Part shown: positions 61,031 through 64,000 of the stretch, piece by piece | How the letters are laid out: each line of letters begins with the position of its first letter | Numbering within the stretch: the stretch's first letter is position 1 | From: Alphaproteobacteria bacterium | Lineage (GTDB): Bacteria; Pseudomonadota; Alphaproteobacteria; Rs-D84 | Direction: 5' to 3' | DNA length: 64,000 nucleotides | NCBI GenBank assembly: GCA_017935245.1 | Contig: JAGBHZ010000002.1 | Span: 27,735 to 91,734, forward strand | The notes under the pieces: generated by a model | The model's input: the letters and a program-made list of their open reading frames with translations, nothing else | The model's database searches: none | What the model was told of the DNA's origin: nothing | Program-made: the position numbers and the translations under genes

Positions 61031-63427
61031 TTATTTTTTTACTACAAAGTTCACTAACTTTTTCGGTACAACAATTGTTTTAATAATCGTTGCCCCGTCT
61101 AGTTTAGCACCCAATGCATTTTTTGCCATTTCAATCAATGCATCTTCGGTCGCGTCTGTCGGTGCAACAAATTCTGTGCCACGTTTTCCGTTAATGGACG
61201 CAACAATTGTCATTTCTGACTCAATCAGTTTTGATGCATCATATTCCGGCCATGGGTTTAGTGCCAACATTTCGTCGTGTCCCAACTGTTCCCACATTTC
61301 TTCGGTTAAATGTGGTGCAAATGGATTTAACACACGAACCAGTGTTTCATACGCCGCCCGTGGCATACCACCCGAAAACGCATTGATATATTCCATCATC
61401 GCAGAAATTGCCGTATTGAATTTCATATTTTCAATGCGTTCGGTTACATCTGCGATTAATTTGTGCATTAAACGTTCTTGGGACCCGGTCAATGGTGCGT
61501 CTGTCAAATTATTCGCCATGTTTTCCACACGCTTCAAGAAACGCTCCACCCCGCGCAATGTGTCTTCGGACCAGTTTGCACTTTGTTCCCATGGCCCCAG
61601 ATATAAAATTGCCAATCTGCATGCGTCGGCGCCACTGCGTTCAACGACATCCGAACTAGGGACGGTATTGCCACGTGATTTTGACATTTTTGATCCATCT
61701 GCCGCCATAATCAGGCCGTTGCTGGTACGTTTTTTATACGGTTCAATTCCCGGAACAAACCCCAGGTCTGCCAAAGCCTTGTACCAGAAACGCGAATACA
61801 GCAAATGGCGCGTCGTATGTTCCATACCACCATTATAGTGGTCAACCGGCATCCATTTGTCCAGTTGTTCTCGCGAACAGAACATATTGTCATTTTTCGA
61901 ATCCAGGTATCGCATAAAATACCATGACGATCCCGCCCATTGTGGCATCGTATCGGTTTCACGTTTTGCCGGCGCGCCACAGTGTGGACATGTCGTATTT
62001 ACTCAATCGGTTGCACGCGCCAGGGGCCCTTCGCCATCATCGGTTGGTTTATAGTCTGCCATATACGGCTGCATCAGTGGTAATTCAGATTCATCAATCG
62101 GCACCCATCCGCATTTTTCACAATATACCAATGGGATTGGTTCGCCCCAATACATCTGGCGTGAAAAACCCCAGTCTTTTAATTTGTACTTTTTTGTGCC
62201 ACGTGCGAATCCATGTTCTGTGCCATATTTAGTTGCGGCCGCAATGGCATCTTCTTTGCCCATGCCGTCCAAGAAGGATGAATTTATATGCGCGCCATCA
62301 CCTTCCCAGACTTTATCGGGTTCACCCCCCGCCAGAACCGGGATGATTTCCAATCCGAATTTCTTAGCAAAGTCCCAATCGCGTCCATCATGTGCCGGCA
62401 CTGCCATAATTGCGCCAAAACCATAGTCCGCCAATACATAGTCGGATATAAAGATGGGGATGTCTTTTCCATTAAATGGATTTGTTGCCATAACGCCATC
62501 TAAACGTACGCCCGTTTTATCTTTTGTAACATCGGTACGTTCAAATTCTGATTTTGCACGTGCGGCGGCAATGTATTCATTTACCGCATCCACATTTTTG
62601 ATTTTACCGTCTTCTAACCATTTTTTTACCAGCGCATGTTCCGGGGCAATTACACAGAATGTAACACCAAAAATAGTGTCAATACGTGTCGTATAAACGG
62701 TCATCTTGTCTGCGCCAACCATAAAATCGACATCCGCCCCATATGAACGACCAATCCAGTTAATTTGTTCTGTTTTTACGCGTTCTGGATAATCTACATG
62801 CACCAAATCATCAATCAGGCGATCTGCGTACTTTGTAATGGCCAGATTCCATTGCAATTTCATTTTCTTTTCAACCGGCCCATGACAGCGTTCGCAACAA
62901 CCGTCTTCTAATTCTTCGTTCGTCAGGTTTGTTTTGCAATTCGGACACCAATTCATCGGTAATTCAGATTTATACGCCAATCCCGCCTTAAAGAACTGAA
63001 TAAACATCCATTGGGTCCATTTAATAAATTCTGGATCAGATGTTGAAACCTTAGACTCTGGATCAAACGACAGGCCCATTATCGAAATATCGCGTTCAAA
63101 AATTTTAATCAGTTCTGCGACAGATTCACTGGGATGCTTGCCAATTTTGGTCGCATAGTTTTCAGATGAAATTCCCATTGAATCATACCCGATTGGGAAC
63201 AATACATCGTATCCACGATTGCGACGAAAACGCGCCATAACATCCATCCCCGTATATGGCAACATATGACCAACATGCAGCCCCGAACCCGATGGAAATG
63301 GAAATTCAATCAGGTTATAGTATTTGGGTTTTTTACCATCATTTTTTGGAACAAATACACGTGCATCTGCCCATTTTTTTTGCCATTTTGCTTCACGGTC
63401 GTGAATCTTTTTCATGTCTTCTGCCAT
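61031..63427 (-). CDS. leuS: Leucyl-tRNA synthetase interrupted by one in-frame TGA (62003-62005)
   Basis: FPFPSGSGLHVGH, WGFSRQMYWGEPIP, RETDTMPQWAGSSWY, KMSKS; the two ORFs are in the same frame, joined by D-(TGA)-VNTTCPHCG. Confidence 0.92.
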
Positions 63428-63448
63428 TTTTTTTAGTCCTATGTCTTT

Positions 63449-64000
63449 TTATTTTAATTTTTTTGTCCAGTCATTATCTGGGAAATTTATTTTCAGCATT
63501 TGCGCATATCCATTTGCCTGTTCTGGCAAACCAATCGCGGTATAGCATTCGGTTAATCTGTACATTGCCTCTGCGGTCATAACGGTTTCCTGGGCGGTTG
63601 ATACAACCGATTGCAATCGTGAAATTGCGCTGGGCCAATTTTCGCGCGCCATATCATTGCGTGCCGAATACATAACCTTGCCTGCGATATAATTTTTTAG
63701 GATAATAATCTTGTTTTCTGCATTTTTTGCATACGGACTGCGTGGGAAACGATTGACCAGGTTTTGAAATTCTGCCAATGCATATGCCGACATACCCGGT
63801 TCGCGACGTACATCACTTACCTGGCGATAATAACACATGCCACGCAAATACATCATATATGCAACGTCCCTGTGCCCGGGGTGGAATCGCATATACCGAT
63901 CGATTGCCAATATCGCCCCGGCAAAATCATCATCCATATAGTATGAATATGCACTCATTACCAATCCATCGGCCGCCCATGGGCTGGACGGATACTGTGA
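63449..64000 (-). CDS. bamD: Outer membrane protein assembly factor BamD (5' end outside the window)
   Basis: TPR-like YQYPSSPWAADG, AIDRYMRFHP...AYMMYLRG, LVNRFP.S.YA, AISRLQ.VV. Confidence 0.85.
   Translation of the reverse strand, partial: SQYPSSPWAADGLVMSAYSYYMDDDFAGAILAIDRYMRFHPGHRDVAYMMYLRGMCYYRQVSDVRREPGMSAYALAEFQNLVNRFPRSPYAKNAENKIIILKNYIAGKVMYSARNDMARENWPSAISRLQSVVSTAQETVMTAEAMYRLTECYTAIGLPEQANGYAQMLKINFPDNDWTKKLK

Overview
A 64-kb chromosomal segment of a gene-dense bacterium with a diderm envelope (BamD, beta-barrel OMPs, lipoproteins). An alphaproteobacterial, probably host-associated and genome-reduced lineage is inferred from the protein styles; it was not tested phylogenetically. 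Most of the window is housekeeping: tatD, holB, dacA, mtaB, rpoZ, alaS, hup, lysS, rnj, ackA, dcd, era, queA, tgt, secG, rnc, lepB, comM, PBP1A, prmC, xerC, trpS, ftsH, tilS, leuS, bamD and three tRNAs (Ser-GGA, Gly-GCC, Lys-TTT). The main accessory feature is a 6.9-kb integrated element in tRNA-Gly (12143-19011, 48-bp att duplication). It has a phage-satellite (PICI-like) layout: integrase, AlpA-like HTH, DUF3631-like replication protein with convergent iterons, terminase-small-subunit-like gene, a putative structured ncRNA and five small exported or membrane cargo proteins. Two unlinked copies of an unannotated RNA module occur at about 10574-10834 and 51697-51924. Each has a promoter, a multi-hairpin RNA whose 9-nt loop is complementary to a downstream site, and an antiterminator/terminator switch, resembling phage C4/CI antisense systems. 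The first copy sits upstream of Cys-rich secreted protein genes rather than phage genes. Other oddities are an in-frame TGA at a conserved Trp position of leuS, a -1 frameshift in comM, an AlaRS lacking its C-terminal domain, a class II LysRS followed by a divergent RelA/SpoT-like nucleotidyltransferase, and a tRNA-Ser-linked mini-element. All structures and family calls were made by eye; nothing was computed or searched.
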